Of a stretch of DNA of 64,000 bases, positions 10,077 to 20,289 are shown one piece after another. Made by a program: the position numbers and the translations under genes. The first letter of the stretch is position 1, and each line of letters starts with the position of its first letter. The DNA is from Roseibacillus sp. (GTDB lineage Bacteria > Verrucomicrobiota > Verrucomicrobiia > Verrucomicrobiales > Akkermansiaceae). The notes beneath the pieces are model-generated. The model was not told the DNA's origin. It was given only the letters and a program-made list of their open reading frames with translations, and did not search any database. The stretch lies in the NCBI GenBank assembly GCA_051251855.1, contig JBPOGI010000001.1, positions 960,001 through 1,024,000 on the forward strand, read 5' to 3'.

Positions 10077-10646
10077 ATGAAGGTTCTTTTTCTCTCTCTT
10101 CTATGGATCGGCTATGTTTCAGCGGTCACCAAGGAAGTGGTTCAGGTGTTTCAGCCAGTATCATACCACGATACGGATAGCGCGATGGAATTCGGAGTCA
10201 AGGGGGAGTTGATACAGGCTGCGGTCGTGGAGCGTGCAGTGGTATTGTCAGGCGCATTTCCAGAAGACTTGGTCAAGGCTGTCGGAATGCCTTTTCGATT
10301 TGAGACCAACAATCCAACCTATGATGTAAAGGAAGCGAACTTGGTGGTGCTTTGTGGTTTGGCGATAGAGGTCACTCGAGAAGAGAAATCCATTGAGGTA
10401 GTGATCGATTGCAGCAAGTTTGCGATTCCTGAGCTGGTCGAATTGACTGATAAGCAAATTTTGACGATGACAATCGAGGCCATTCGGCGCACGGCACGAG
10501 TTTACTACCAAGCCGGAGCTTATGAGGCTTTCAAGTGTCACCTGCGACTCGTGGGGTTAGGAGAAGATCGGAAGGAACTTCAGAGTTTAGATTCCAAATT
10601 TCAAGTGGGCCCAAGTCGCGAGAGTGAGTCGAATGAAAGCGATTAG
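10077..10646 (+). CDS. Hypothetical secreted protein
   Basis: Signal peptide MKVLFLSLLWIGYVSA; 4-nt convergent overlap with the next gene. Confidence 0.7.
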   Translation: MKVLFLSLLWIGYVSAVTKEVVQVFQPVSYHDTDSAMEFGVKGELIQAAVVERAVVLSGAFPEDLVKAVGMPFRFETNNPTYDVKEANLVVLCGLAIEVTREEKSIEVVIDCSKFAIPELVELTDKQILTMTIEAIRRTARVYYQAGAYEAFKCHLRLVGLGEDRKELQSLDSKFQVGPSRESESNESD

Positions 10647-11893
10647 AGACTCTCATTACTTGCCAGTATTTTCTTGGCAGCTTCCTGCCCTGAAATAATG
10701 GCCCCCTCGATGGAGGTTGAAGTGCGATAGTCGCCACAAAGATAGAGAGGGGGCTTCGGATCCGCAACGCATGCTGAGTCCGGAAGTTGTTCTGGCAGGG
10801 CTTCAGGAATGAGGATGGTCCGGAGGTGCTTCCAATCCGAAACTTCTTCTCCAAACCAGTTGGCGAGATCTTCCTTCACCTCGTCAGGTAAGGACTCTTG
10901 TTCGTGGCTCCCAATGAGTGATACGGAGATGAGTGATTGGCCAGAAGGGGCATAGTCTGGACAAAGATCCGTGAGGACGGCGACGTTGTTAACGAGACCC
11001 GTTTTCTCGCCATTGAGCGCGAGAATAGGCTCATTGAGAGGGGACTTAGATGAGGAGAAATAGAGGTTCGTAACAGAGCGCCAAGTGATGTGAGGAATTT
11101 GGATCTCTGGAGCAATTGCCTTGGCTGCGTTGTGCGAAGTTGCGAGGACAATGGAAGACGCTTCGATGGTTTCTCCAGAGTTGAGATGAATTTGGTTCCT
11201 CGAGACTTTCTGGACTGGGCAATGATAGCGAATTTGCCCTTCAGGGATACGAGTGGCTAGCTGCTTGGCTAACTCTCCCATTCCCTTGGCGGGAAGGCAG
11301 GCTGAACCTTCGGTGAACATTTTAAAAGTGAACTCAAACATCTTGCTGGAAGTTCGAAGTTCTCTTTCGAGAAAGATGCCGCCATAGAAACTCCTGAAAA
11401 AACCATCGATCATTCGTTCGCTAAATCCGAAGCGGCGCAAGTAGTCTTTGGTAGTTTGGTCCTCACGTTCAGCAATCTCAGTGAGTGATGACTTAATGAG
11501 CATCATTCTCAAACGGGCCACCAAGGCCTTGTCAAAGAGGTTGCCAATGGGAGCGGTAGCGCTTGCCCAGAGATACTTTGGCCTCCGGAAAATATCCATC
11601 ACTCGATGCAGTTTCCCGTCGGAGTAGACTAAGGCTCCAGGTTCGAATTTTTTAAGGTTCAGTTTGGAAAGGTCAAAGAGACTCCCCGCTGTTGGATAAG
11701 AATCGAGGTAGACTTGAAATCCTCGGTCGAGCAAGAAACCATCGACTTCGTCGGTGCGGACTCTTCCGCCCGGTCCGTCAGAGCTCTCTAAGATGAGCAC
11801 CTTCTTCTTGTGTTTCTGCAGTTCAAGTGCGCAAGAAAGGCCTGATAACCCTGCTCCGATGATTACGGCATCATATTTATTATGGAGCGTCAT
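10643..11893 (-). CDS. Flavin-dependent amine-oxidase-family oxidoreductase
   Basis: IIGAGLSGL, GGRVRTD..DGFLLDRGFQV, LCGDY...SIEGAIISG. Confidence 0.88.
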   Translation of the reverse strand: MTLHNKYDAVIIGAGLSGLSCALELQKHKKKVLILESSDGPGGRVRTDEVDGFLLDRGFQVYLDSYPTAGSLFDLSKLNLKKFEPGALVYSDGKLHRVMDIFRRPKYLWASATAPIGNLFDKALVARLRMMLIKSSLTEIAEREDQTTKDYLRRFGFSERMIDGFFRSFYGGIFLERELRTSSKMFEFTFKMFTEGSACLPAKGMGELAKQLATRIPEGQIRYHCPVQKVSRNQIHLNSGETIEASSIVLATSHNAAKAIAPEIQIPHITWRSVTNLYFSSSKSPLNEPILALNGEKTGLVNNVAVLTDLCPDYAPSGQSLISVSLIGSHEQESLPDEVKEDLANWFGEEVSDWKHLRTILIPEALPEQLPDSACVADPKPPLYLCGDYRTSTSIEGAIISGQEAAKKILASNESL

Positions 11894-11943
11894 GCTTAAT
11901 GAAAAATATGTCTATAATCATTATATCAAAAACGCAACTTGTT

Positions 11944-12951
11944 TTACTGCTTGGAGTCTCCAACTTGCCTGTTTCCTTTTGTCTTGGTCTTGACTCTGAG
12001 GAGGTCTTTGTTGGCAGTCAGATAGAGCATGGAATACTCGGCACCACCCCAAGCAAGGTTCGCGGTTCGTCGCCCGGTCAGGATTTGGCCCAAGAGTTTT
12101 CCTTGAGGGCTGAGAACGATGACTCCACCGGGGCCACTGCTCCAGATATTACCCATAAGGTCTACCTTAAGTCCGTCGGGAAGTCCGGGGAGTTTTGGCT
12201 CGAGAGTTGCTGAGTCGAAAAGAATAGTCGGGGGGCCTAGATTAAGTTCTTTATCGACGGGGTAGCTTAGAATGTGAGCTGCGGGGCCGTGGGACTGGGC
12301 GATATAGAGCGTTTTTTCATCTGGGGAGAGGGTGACGCCATTGGGTCGCACTAGGTCGGAAATCACTCGGGTGAGTTGTCCATCAATATCCCAGCGATAT
12401 ACACCGTTCTCTTCCATTTCCCGTTCTGGACCCTCTCCTTGGTTAGGTAATCCATAGGGAGGATCGGTAAAGAAGATAGAACCGGAAGAATGAACCACAA
12501 GGTCGTTAGGAGAGTTGAGGCGCTGCCCTTTGTAGTTATCGGCGAGAGTTCGTTTTCCGCCGTTTTTGGTGAGAATAGAAAGCCGGCGGTCGCCGTGTTC
12601 GCAGGTAAGAAGGCGGCCTTGAGCGTCGAATGCTAAGCCGTTGGAACCAGGTTCGTTTGAGTTAGAGGATGGACCAGTGAAGCCGGAAGGCTTGAGGAAG
12701 GTAGTCAGTCCATCTTCTTCAGACCAAGAGTGAACGATATTATTTGGGACGTCTGAGAAGAGAAGTCGCTGATGAGCCGTATCCCAGACAGGACCCTCAG
12801 ACCAACGGAAGCCTGAGGCTAGGACTTCAATCTCGGCATCAATATCAATGAGAGCTTTAAAGGAGGGATCATGGCTAATGATGGAGGTCTTGGGAAGTGG
12901 GTCTCCAAACAATTGGGAAGCAAGGAGAAGAGTTGTGAGGAGCGATTTCAT
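11944..12951 (-). CDS. SMP-30/gluconolactonase family protein, secreted
   Basis: WSEGPVW, GSNGL, NSPNDL, PNGV.LSPDEK.LY, PDGLKVD. Confidence 0.92.
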   Translation of the reverse strand: MKSLLTTLLLASQLFGDPLPKTSIISHDPSFKALIDIDAEIEVLASGFRWSEGPVWDTAHQRLLFSDVPNNIVHSWSEEDGLTTFLKPSGFTGPSSNSNEPGSNGLAFDAQGRLLTCEHGDRRLSILTKNGGKRTLADNYKGQRLNSPNDLVVHSSGSIFFTDPPYGLPNQGEGPEREMEENGVYRWDIDGQLTRVISDLVRPNGVTLSPDEKTLYIAQSHGPAAHILSYPVDKELNLGPPTILFDSATLEPKLPGLPDGLKVDLMGNIWSSGPGGVIVLSPQGKLLGQILTGRRTANLAWGGAEYSMLYLTANKDLLRVKTKTKGNRQVGDSKQ

Positions 12952-12979
12952 ATCGATAAGAGAATATTTTGTTTGGCTT

Positions 12980-14365
12980 TTAGGTAAGTTTAGTCAGCAC
13001 TGCTGATGCAAGAGAGAGGACGAGGAAGAATCCACACATGTCGGTGCAGGTGGTGAGAATGGGACCGCTGGCGAGAGCGGGATCGACTTTGCGGCTCTTC
13101 AAGAAGAGAGGCACAAGGCCACCCAAGAGAACGGACAAGATAGTGTTGAGCGCTAGGGAGGCCGCGACCACTCCACCCAAGAAGAGATTTCCTTTCCAAA
13201 CGAAGGCCACAATTCCTAACAGAATCCCAAGAAGAGTGCCGTTGATGACGCCGACCAGACCTTCTTTGAAAACGACGCGGAGGTAGTCACCGGGGCGCAG
13301 GATACCGAGGGTAAGTTCACGAATGCTGACTGCGACAGCCTGATTGCCGCTGCATCCCGACATGTCAGAGACGATGGGGAGAAAGACAGCCAAGGCGATG
13401 ACCTCTTGCAAGGTTGCCTCGTTCGCGGCAATGACGCTTGCTGCGGCTAGATTCAATACGATGTTAGGAGCGAGCCAAGCAAGACGCTTGCGGCAGCGGT
13501 CGAGGAGGGGCATTGATCGTAATTCTTCACCATCGACAATACCTTGTGATTGTAGGTAAAGCTCTGTTTGTTCGTCAGAGGTCTCACGCTGGACGGTGTC
13601 GCGTGGGACGACCCCTAGCAGGCGACCTTCCGCATCCACGACGGGGAGACCGAGGAAGGGTCTCTTTTTGAAGATTTCAGCTAAATCATGAAAGTCCAAC
13701 TGGTCAGAAACGGAGAGAGGGTCCGGAATCATGAGGTCCTTCAGGGGCTTGCTACGTGGTGCCCAGAAGAGTTGGCGGAGTTGTAGAACTCCCTTGAGCC
13801 GTCCTTTCTCATCCACCACGTAGAGATATTGAATGTCGCGGTCGGAGTAGTCGTCGGCGTGATCATGCAGTTCATCGAGAAGCTTCTGCACGGTGAGGTC
13901 TTGGGGAAAGGAAACGGGGCTTCCTCGCATCAAACTGCCGGCGCAACCCTCTTCGTATTCGAGGCGACTCTTGAGTTCGGTTAGGGTCTCATTGTCGCCG
14001 ATTTCTTCCAAAATCTCCGCTGAATCCTCGTCTTCCAGCTCACGGAGGAGGCGGCTACTCGTCTCCGGCGGGAGGCAGCTCACAGCGGCTGCGGTTTGTT
14101 CACTGGGAAGGGTGTCTAGCAGTTCGACCGCCTGTGCTTCGGGAAGCTCTTCGAGTAGTTGGGCGAAATCTTCGGAGCCGATTGTTTCCGCCAGTGCTTC
14201 GCGCTTTTCCTGGGTGAGTCGGGAGACGGCACGCGCTTGGTCCTCGGCATCCAAACTGTTGAGGATTCCCATCGTTGAAGAGGCATCTGTGGATTGAAGG
14301 GCGTCGTCGAGGGCTTGCCAAGTTTCGCTCTCGGTAGGAGGGGAAAGGGGCTCGGGTGAACTCAT
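12980..14365 (-). CDS. mgtE: Magnesium transporter MgtE
   Basis: MgtE_N, CBS pair, GCSGNQ, DPALASGPILTT.TD; start MSSPEP supported by TGGTCA-N17-TAGTCT-N7-ATG. Confidence 0.93.
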   Translation of the reverse strand: MSSPEPLSPPTESETWQALDDALQSTDASSTMGILNSLDAEDQARAVSRLTQEKREALAETIGSEDFAQLLEELPEAQAVELLDTLPSEQTAAAVSCLPPETSSRLLRELEDEDSAEILEEIGDNETLTELKSRLEYEEGCAGSLMRGSPVSFPQDLTVQKLLDELHDHADDYSDRDIQYLYVVDEKGRLKGVLQLRQLFWAPRSKPLKDLMIPDPLSVSDQLDFHDLAEIFKKRPFLGLPVVDAEGRLLGVVPRDTVQRETSDEQTELYLQSQGIVDGEELRSMPLLDRCRKRLAWLAPNIVLNLAAASVIAANEATLQEVIALAVFLPIVSDMSGCSGNQAVAVSIRELTLGILRPGDYLRVVFKEGLVGVINGTLLGILLGIVAFVWKGNLFLGGVVAASLALNTILSVLLGGLVPLFLKSRKVDPALASGPILTTCTDMCGFFLVLSLASAVLTKLT

Positions 14366-14545
14366 GCGGCGGAGACTACGCAAGCCTCAGGCCCTTGACC
14401 ATCATTGGGTCCGTTCTTATCGAGGAATTCTGTGATTAGGGCGAGGCGTTAGGGCATCTTCTCCGGATGGAGTTAGGCAGATTCCGGTGAGAACTGTCAT
14501 TTGAGCCTTTTCAAGAAGGCTTCCAATCGTCAGTTTTTCGGCCGC

Positions 14546-15418
14546 ATGGATAGAACGATTTGGTTGGATGGGAAGTTGGTTCCCGAAGCAGAGGCGAAGG
14601 TATCGGTTTTTGATCACGGCTTGCTTTATGGAGACGGTGTCTTCGAGGGGATTCGTTTCTACAACGGACGGGTTTTTCGTCTTGAAGAGCATACCAAGCG
14701 ACTTTTTCTTTCTGCGAAGGCGATTCTCATCACCCTCCCTTGGACAGCCGAGGAGATTAATGAGGCAGTCTGCGAGACGATCCGTGCCAATGGGTTGCAG
14801 GATGGTTATATTCGACTGGTGATCACCCGTGGAGTGGGAGGATTGGGGCTGAATCCATACCTCTGCAAGACTCCTTCAATGTTCATCATCGCCTCGACGA
14901 TTTCTCTCTATCCTAAGGAGCACTATGAGAACGGCTTGGAACTCGTCACTTGCGGGACTCGCCGACCCGCGCCCGGTGCCCTGAGTCCTCAGGTGAAGTC
15001 TCTCAACTATCTCAACAACGTTATGGCCAAGGCGGAAGCGATTAAGGCAGGTTGTGTGGAGGGATTGATGCTGAACGAGCAAGGCTATGTCGCGGAATGC
15101 ACCGGAGACAACATCTTCATCGTGAAAGACGGCAAGGTCTTCACTCCGCCCATCAGCGATGGCTCGCTTGACGGGATCACGCGGCAAGTGATTTTTGAGC
15201 TGTGTGAGGCCGAGGGGCTCACCTTGGAGGAGAGAACCATGACTCGATATGATGTTTTTACTGCCGACGAGTGTTTCCTGACGGGAACAGCAGCGGAAGT
15301 GATTCCCGCTACTAAATTGGACGAGCGAGAGGTCGGTGATGGAAAGCCAGGACCTATCACTCGACGTCTCATTGAGGGCTTTACCAAGGTCACCCGTTCG
15401 ACTGGAACCCCGTTTTAG
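14546..15418 (+). CDS. ilvE: Branched-chain amino acid aminotransferase
   Basis: HGLLYGDGVFEGIR, KSLNYLNN, LDGITR, FLTGTAAE. Confidence 0.95.
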   Translation: MDRTIWLDGKLVPEAEAKVSVFDHGLLYGDGVFEGIRFYNGRVFRLEEHTKRLFLSAKAILITLPWTAEEINEAVCETIRANGLQDGYIRLVITRGVGGLGLNPYLCKTPSMFIIASTISLYPKEHYENGLELVTCGTRRPAPGALSPQVKSLNYLNNVMAKAEAIKAGCVEGLMLNEQGYVAECTGDNIFIVKDGKVFTPPISDGSLDGITRQVIFELCEAEGLTLEERTMTRYDVFTADECFLTGTAAEVIPATKLDEREVGDGKPGPITRRLIEGFTKVTRSTGTPF

Positions 15419-15499
15419 ACATCTTTCTCAGTTCGTTCCGCAAAATGGCATGGATTTTCTTTTAGATATCCGCCGAGAGGGGGCTAACTTGGGGGAGAG

Positions 15500-16033
15500 A
15501 TGAAGTGTCAAAAGTGCGACGAGAAAGCCACTGTCCATTTTACCCAATTGGAAAAAGGGGAAATGAACAAGATGTCCTTCTGCGAGAGCTGTGCAACTGA
15601 GGAGGGAATTATGGATTTATCTGGCTTTGGGCTTGCTGACTCGGTGATGGCTGCGGGCTCAGCTACAACTCCTGTGAGTAAGGTGGGCGAGGCTTGTCCT
15701 GGATGTGGCTTCACCAAGAGTAAATTCCAGCAGACTGGCCGACTAGGATGTAGTCAGTGCTATCTGACTTTCTCAGACGAGATTTTGTCACGGCTGGGGC
15801 CAATGCATCGCGGACTGCGTCACTTTGGAAAACATCCTGAAGGATTTCAAGGAGACGCGTTCTCCGAGCGGCTGCTTGAGGAGTGCAAAGAGCGTTTGGA
15901 AGCGGCGGTGACTGCTGAGAACTATGAAGAGGCAGCTCGTATTCGAGATGAGATTCGTCAACTAGAGGAAGGTCGCGAGACGGCAGAAAGCGGTGCGGAT
16001 CTTTCTGCCGAGCAAGGAGACGTCACATCATGA
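15500..16033 (+). CDS. mcsA: McsA (UvrB/UvrC-motif, 4x CxxC) activator of McsB
   Basis: CQKC, CESC, CPGC, GRLGCSQCY; UVR motif ENYEEAARIRDEI; upstream of mcsB. Confidence 0.9.
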   Translation: MKCQKCDEKATVHFTQLEKGEMNKMSFCESCATEEGIMDLSGFGLADSVMAAGSATTPVSKVGEACPGCGFTKSKFQQTGRLGCSQCYLTFSDEILSRLGPMHRGLRHFGKHPEGFQGDAFSERLLEECKERLEAAVTAENYEEAARIRDEIRQLEEGRETAESGADLSAEQGDVTS

Positions 16034-17151
16034 TGCGATTCTCGACATTGTTGAAGAATCCCGCCGACTGGATGGCTGGCGATCACGACGACCATTCTGT
16101 GGTGCTGACGAGTCGAGTGCGGTTGGCTCGAAACATTGCGGGAGAACCTTTTCCAGGATGGGCCAAAAAAGAGGAGCGGGTTGCGGTTTTGGAACGGGTG
16201 CGCGAGGAAGTTGAGAATTTACCTGGGATGAAAGACGCCTTTTCGCACGGGTTAGAGGAGCTTTCGTCCGTCCAGAAGCAGGTCCTTGTTGAGCGGCATT
16301 TAATTAGTCGCGAGCAAGCTGCTCGGGGCGAGGGCAGCGCTGCGATTGTGAATCGCAAGCAAACTTTCAGCCTGATGCTCAATGAAGAAGATCATCTCCG
16401 GATGCAATCCATTCGTGCAGGGCTTAGTTTATCGAAGGCTTTTAGACAGCTTTCAGAGCTCGAGGCCGAACTCTCTCGCCGAGTGCCGTTCGCTTTCGAC
16501 GGTCGTTTGGGATATTTGACCGCATGTCCTACCAATGTCGGCACGGGGATGCGAGCCTCGGCGATGTTGCATCTGCCAGGATTGGTATTGGCTGACGAAG
16601 TGGGCCCCACTCTTCAAGGGGTGGCCCGCCTGCGTTTAGCTGTGAGAGGCTTCTATGGAGAAGGTACGGAGTCGTTAGGAAACCTCTTCCAAGTTTCAAA
16701 TCAATCAACCTTGGGTGAGTCCGAGGAAGAGATTGTCGCTCGGTTGGAGCGTGTCATTGGGGATGTCGAGGTTCATGAACTCAATGCTCGCCAGCGGTTA
16801 CTAGAGAATGATCCCGAGATGATTCTCGACCGAGTGGGGAGAGCTTACGGTGTTTTAAAGTATTCTCATGTAATTCCTTCCAAGGAAGCGCTCAACCTCT
16901 TGTCTCTGTTACGTTTGGGGGCCGAGTTGGGCTTCTTTGAAAAAGGTCTTCGGCGGGTCTGCGATCTGCTTCTGATGGATATCCAACCTGCTCACCTCCA
17001 ACTTCACACTGGTAAAAAACTAGATGCCGAGAGCCGTGACTCGATTCGGGCAGAAATCATCCGGGGTCGGTTGCAAAATCTCGCTCCTCCTGCTATAAAT
17101 AAGACAACGATTAAAGAGCTGGAGAATTCCAGCGAAACAGAAAATGAATAA
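16030..17151 (+). CDS. mcsB: Protein-arginine kinase McsB
   Basis: [41 protein letters not shown]. Confidence 0.93.
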   Translation: MMRFSTLLKNPADWMAGDHDDHSVVLTSRVRLARNIAGEPFPGWAKKEERVAVLERVREEVENLPGMKDAFSHGLEELSSVQKQVLVERHLISREQAARGEGSAAIVNRKQTFSLMLNEEDHLRMQSIRAGLSLSKAFRQLSELEAELSRRVPFAFDGRLGYLTACPTNVGTGMRASAMLHLPGLVLADEVGPTLQGVARLRLAVRGFYGEGTESLGNLFQVSNQSTLGESEEEIVARLERVIGDVEVHELNARQRLLENDPEMILDRVGRAYGVLKYSHVIPSKEALNLLSLLRLGAELGFFEKGLRRVCDLLLMDIQPAHLQLHTGKKLDAESRDSIRAEIIRGRLQNLAPPAINKTTIKELENSSETENE

Positions 17152-19654
17152 TTTTACACCAAGAGCCCAGCAAGTTCTGGCGCTGGCCCGCAAGGAAGCG
17201 GACCGATTCAACCACAATTACGTCGGTACTGAGCACCTGTTGCTCGGTCTGATTAAGTTGGGTCAAGGAGTGGCGGTGAGCGTGTTGGAACGTCTCGGTC
17301 TCGACCTGGAGACCGTCCGCATGGAAGTCGAGAAGGAGGTGGGCACTGGGCCTGACACTAAGATCAGTGGAAGCGTTGCCTATACCCCTCGAGTCAAAAA
17401 AGTTCTGGCACTGGCGAACAAGGAAGCCAAGTCGCTCAATCACTCATACGTGGGTACTGAGCATCTCTTGCTTGGATTACTGCGCGAAGGAGAAGGCATC
17501 GCCGCTCGGGTGCTGCAGCGTCTCGAAGTGGATATTCAGAGCACTCGCAACGAGATCCTCGCTGAAATCGACCCCAATTTTGCTCCTGACGACGATGACT
17601 TGTTCGAGGAATTTGATTCAGAGGATGAGATGGAGGAAGAAGAGGAAGTGGAAGGGGAAGGCAAGAGTAAGACTCCAGCCCTTCGTGCTTTTGGGCGTGA
17701 CCTCACTAAGCTGGCTCGAGATGGCAAGCTCGATCCTGTGATTGGGCGCGCTCCCGAGATTGAGCGCGTGATTCAGATTCTCTGCCGCCGCACCAAGAAC
17801 AATCCCGTTCTCGTCGGCGAAGCTGGTGTCGGTAAGACCGCAATCGTGGAAGGTTTGGCTCAGGAAATTTCCTCGGGTAATGTTCCTGAGATTCTTAGAG
17901 AGAAAAAGGTAATCACTCTCGACCTCGCTCTCATGGTGGCTGGCACAAAGTATCGTGGTCAGTTCGAAGAGCGTATCAAGGCCGTGATGGACGAAATCCG
18001 GAAGGTTGGAAACGTCATTCTCTTTATCGATGAGCTCCACACCATCGTTGGCGCTGGGTCTGCCGAAGGAGCAATGGATGCTTCAAATATCATTAAGCCG
18101 GCCCTCAGCCGAGGCGAGTTGCAGTGTGTGGGAGCTACCACTTTGAACGAGTTCCGCAAGTTTATCGAAAAGGATGCAGCTCTTGAGCGCCGTTTCCAAA
18201 AGGTGAAAGTCGAAGAGCCATCCCCTGAAGATGCCATTGCTATTCTGGAAGGTCTCCAAGAAAAGTATGAGGCCCACCACAAGGTTAACTATACAGAAGA
18301 GGCAATCGAGGGAGCAGTGAAGCTCAGTGCTCGATACCTCACTGACCGTTTTCTTCCTGATAAAGCGATCGACATTATTGACGAGGCTGGAGCCAAGGCG
18401 CGCATTAGCACGATGACCCGTCCTCCTTCCATCAAGGACCTTGAGAAGAACATTGATGTCATTCTCAAGAATAAGACGGACGCTATTGCCGATCAGGATT
18501 TCGAGCGTGCGGCTTCTCTTCGTGATGAGGAAAAGGCAGCTAAGAAAGAGCTGGAAGATACTATCGAGAATTGGAAGGCCGATTCGGAAGAAAAGATTGT
18601 CGATGTCGATGGCGATGATGTGATGTCCGTGGTCTCCAAATGGACCGGAGTTCCTCTCCAGCGCATGGAGAAGAAGGAAGCGGGCAAGCTTCTGAAAATG
18701 GAAGAAGAACTCAAGGAGCAGGTCATAGGACAAGACCCTGCGGTGGAAGCCATTTCCAAGGCACTTCGTCGTTCCCGAGCCGACCTTAAGGATCCCAAGC
18801 GCCCCATCGGATCGTTCCTTTTCTTAGGGCCGACCGGTGTAGGTAAGACTTATCTCGCGCGTAATCTTGCTGAATTCATGTTCGGTGATGCTGATTCACT
18901 CATTCAACTCGATATGTCGGAATACATGGAGAAATTCACCTCCAGCCGACTGATTGGTTCGCCTCCAGGATATGTGGGCCACGAAGAAGGAGGTCAGCTC
19001 TCTGAAGCAGTTCGTCGCAAACCTTACTCCGTCGTATTGTTCGATGAGGTGGAGAAAGCGCATCCCGACGTGATGAATCTTTTGCTCCAGATATTGGAGG
19101 AGGGAACTCTCACCGACAGTCAGGGCCGCAAGATCGACTTCCGTAATACTATCATCATTCTCACTTCCAACGTGGGAGCGAGCACCATCAAGAAGCAGAC
19201 CTCCCTCGGTTTCAATGCAATGACGGCAGAAGACGGCGGCTTTGAGGATATGAAAGGCAAGATTTTAGAGGAATCTAAGAAGCACTTCCGCCCTGAATTC
19301 TTAAACCGTTTGGATGAGCAAGTTGTCTTCCATACTTTGGAAAAACCTGCGCTTTCTCGTATTATCGATCTTGAAGTCGGTAAGTTGGAAGGACGTCTTT
19401 TAGAACGTCAGATGGAGTTAGATATCACTTCTGATGCGCGTGACTTCCTGATTGAGCAAGGGTATGACTCTGAGTATGGAGCGCGTCCCATGCGCCGAGC
19501 GGTGGAGCGCTTCCTTGAGGATCCTCTTGCGGAAGCATTGTTACGCGGTGACGTGAAGGATGGTGACTTTATCGAAGTGACCCTCGTAAAGGATGCGAAA
19601 GAACTGACCTTTAAGCCTAAGAAGCAAAAAAAGGAACCTGAGCCAGCCGTTTAA
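17144..19654 (+). CDS. clpC: ATP-dependent Clp protease ATPase subunit ClpC
   Basis: Two Clp-N repeats ([11 protein letters not shown]), Walker A GEAGVGKT and [11 protein letters not shown] middle domain, ClpP-binding LGF loop. Confidence 0.96.
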   Translation: MNNFTPRAQQVLALARKEADRFNHNYVGTEHLLLGLIKLGQGVAVSVLERLGLDLETVRMEVEKEVGTGPDTKISGSVAYTPRVKKVLALANKEAKSLNHSYVGTEHLLLGLLREGEGIAARVLQRLEVDIQSTRNEILAEIDPNFAPDDDDLFEEFDSEDEMEEEEEVEGEGKSKTPALRAFGRDLTKLARDGKLDPVIGRAPEIERVIQILCRRTKNNPVLVGEAGVGKTAIVEGLAQEISSGNVPEILREKKVITLDLALMVAGTKYRGQFEERIKAVMDEIRKVGNVILFIDELHTIVGAGSAEGAMDASNIIKPALSRGELQCVGATTLNEFRKFIEKDAALERRFQKVKVEEPSPEDAIAILEGLQEKYEAHHKVNYTEEAIEGAVKLSARYLTDRFLPDKAIDIIDEAGAKARISTMTRPPSIKDLEKNIDVILKNKTDAIADQDFERAASLRDEEKAAKKELEDTIENWKADSEEKIVDVDGDDVMSVVSKWTGVPLQRMEKKEAGKLLKMEEELKEQVIGQDPAVEAISKALRRSRADLKDPKRPIGSFLFLGPTGVGKTYLARNLAEFMFGDADSLIQLDMSEYMEKFTSSRLIGSPPGYVGHEEGGQLSEAVRRKPYSVVLFDEVEKAHPDVMNLLLQILEEGTLTDSQGRKIDFRNTIIILTSNVGASTIKKQTSLGFNAMTAEDGGFEDMKGKILEESKKHFRPEFLNRLDEQVVFHTLEKPALSRIIDLEVGKLEGRLLERQMELDITSDARDFLIEQGYDSEYGARPMRRAVERFLEDPLAEALLRGDVKDGDFIEVTLVKDAKELTFKPKKQKKEPEPAV

Positions 19655-20127
19655 TGAAATTAAAGGGAGGTCATAGAGTGCTTCTGGCTGGACTTGTCTT
19701 CGCGAGCTTTCCTGTGGCTGGGGGAGCTCAAAGTCTCTATTTGATTTCTCCTGTCAGCGACGCTTTGGAAGACCAGTTAGTGGTTACCAGAGCATTCGAC
19801 GCCAACATTGGATACGGCACTCGCGTTGTCGAAACTCAAGCCAGCATTCTTGGTTCAAGCGCACAGTCGGCGTGGTCGGTGAGGAGAGAACTGGTAGCAA
19901 TCGATTATAATTTGGCCTCTAGCTGGCTCGCGCAGCTGGAGGATGCTCCTAGGCGGGAAAGGCCAACGATACCAATTCATGGTTTACCTCTCGATTCTGC
20001 GTCGATTTGCTCATGCACAGAATTGGTGACTAATAATGGGTCCAATTTGTCGGTTATACCGGAGCCCTCTCAAAGCTCTCTCGTGCTTGCTTCTGCCGTT
20101 CTTTTATTGCGGAAGCGACGCAGTTAG
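19654..20127 (+). CDS. Small PEP-CTERM (exosortase-targeted) surface protein
   Basis: N-terminal signal peptide; C-terminal VIPEPS + hydrophobic helix + RKRRS. Confidence 0.75.
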   Translation: MKLKGGHRVLLAGLVFASFPVAGGAQSLYLISPVSDALEDQLVVTRAFDANIGYGTRVVETQASILGSSAQSAWSVRRELVAIDYNLASSWLAQLEDAPRRERPTIPIHGLPLDSASICSCTELVTNNGSNLSVIPEPSQSSLVLASAVLLLRKRRS

Positions 20128-20289
20128 CTGGTGGAACCCTCCAATTGCAAGTACCTAACGACCGAGTGGGAAGAGGCCTCGAGTCGTATCTTATTTATTT
20201 AAGAAATTTCCACTTTCCCTAAATGTTGGAAAAATAGCAAATAAAAGAACAATTCTCAATTTGGTCCTCGTTTATGAGGAAGACTAAAT

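Noticed and set aside
14366..14545. Possible M-box riboswitch upstream of mgtE
   Set aside because: The promoter-like -10 is 7 nt from the start, leaving no room, and no M-box-like sequence is recognisable.
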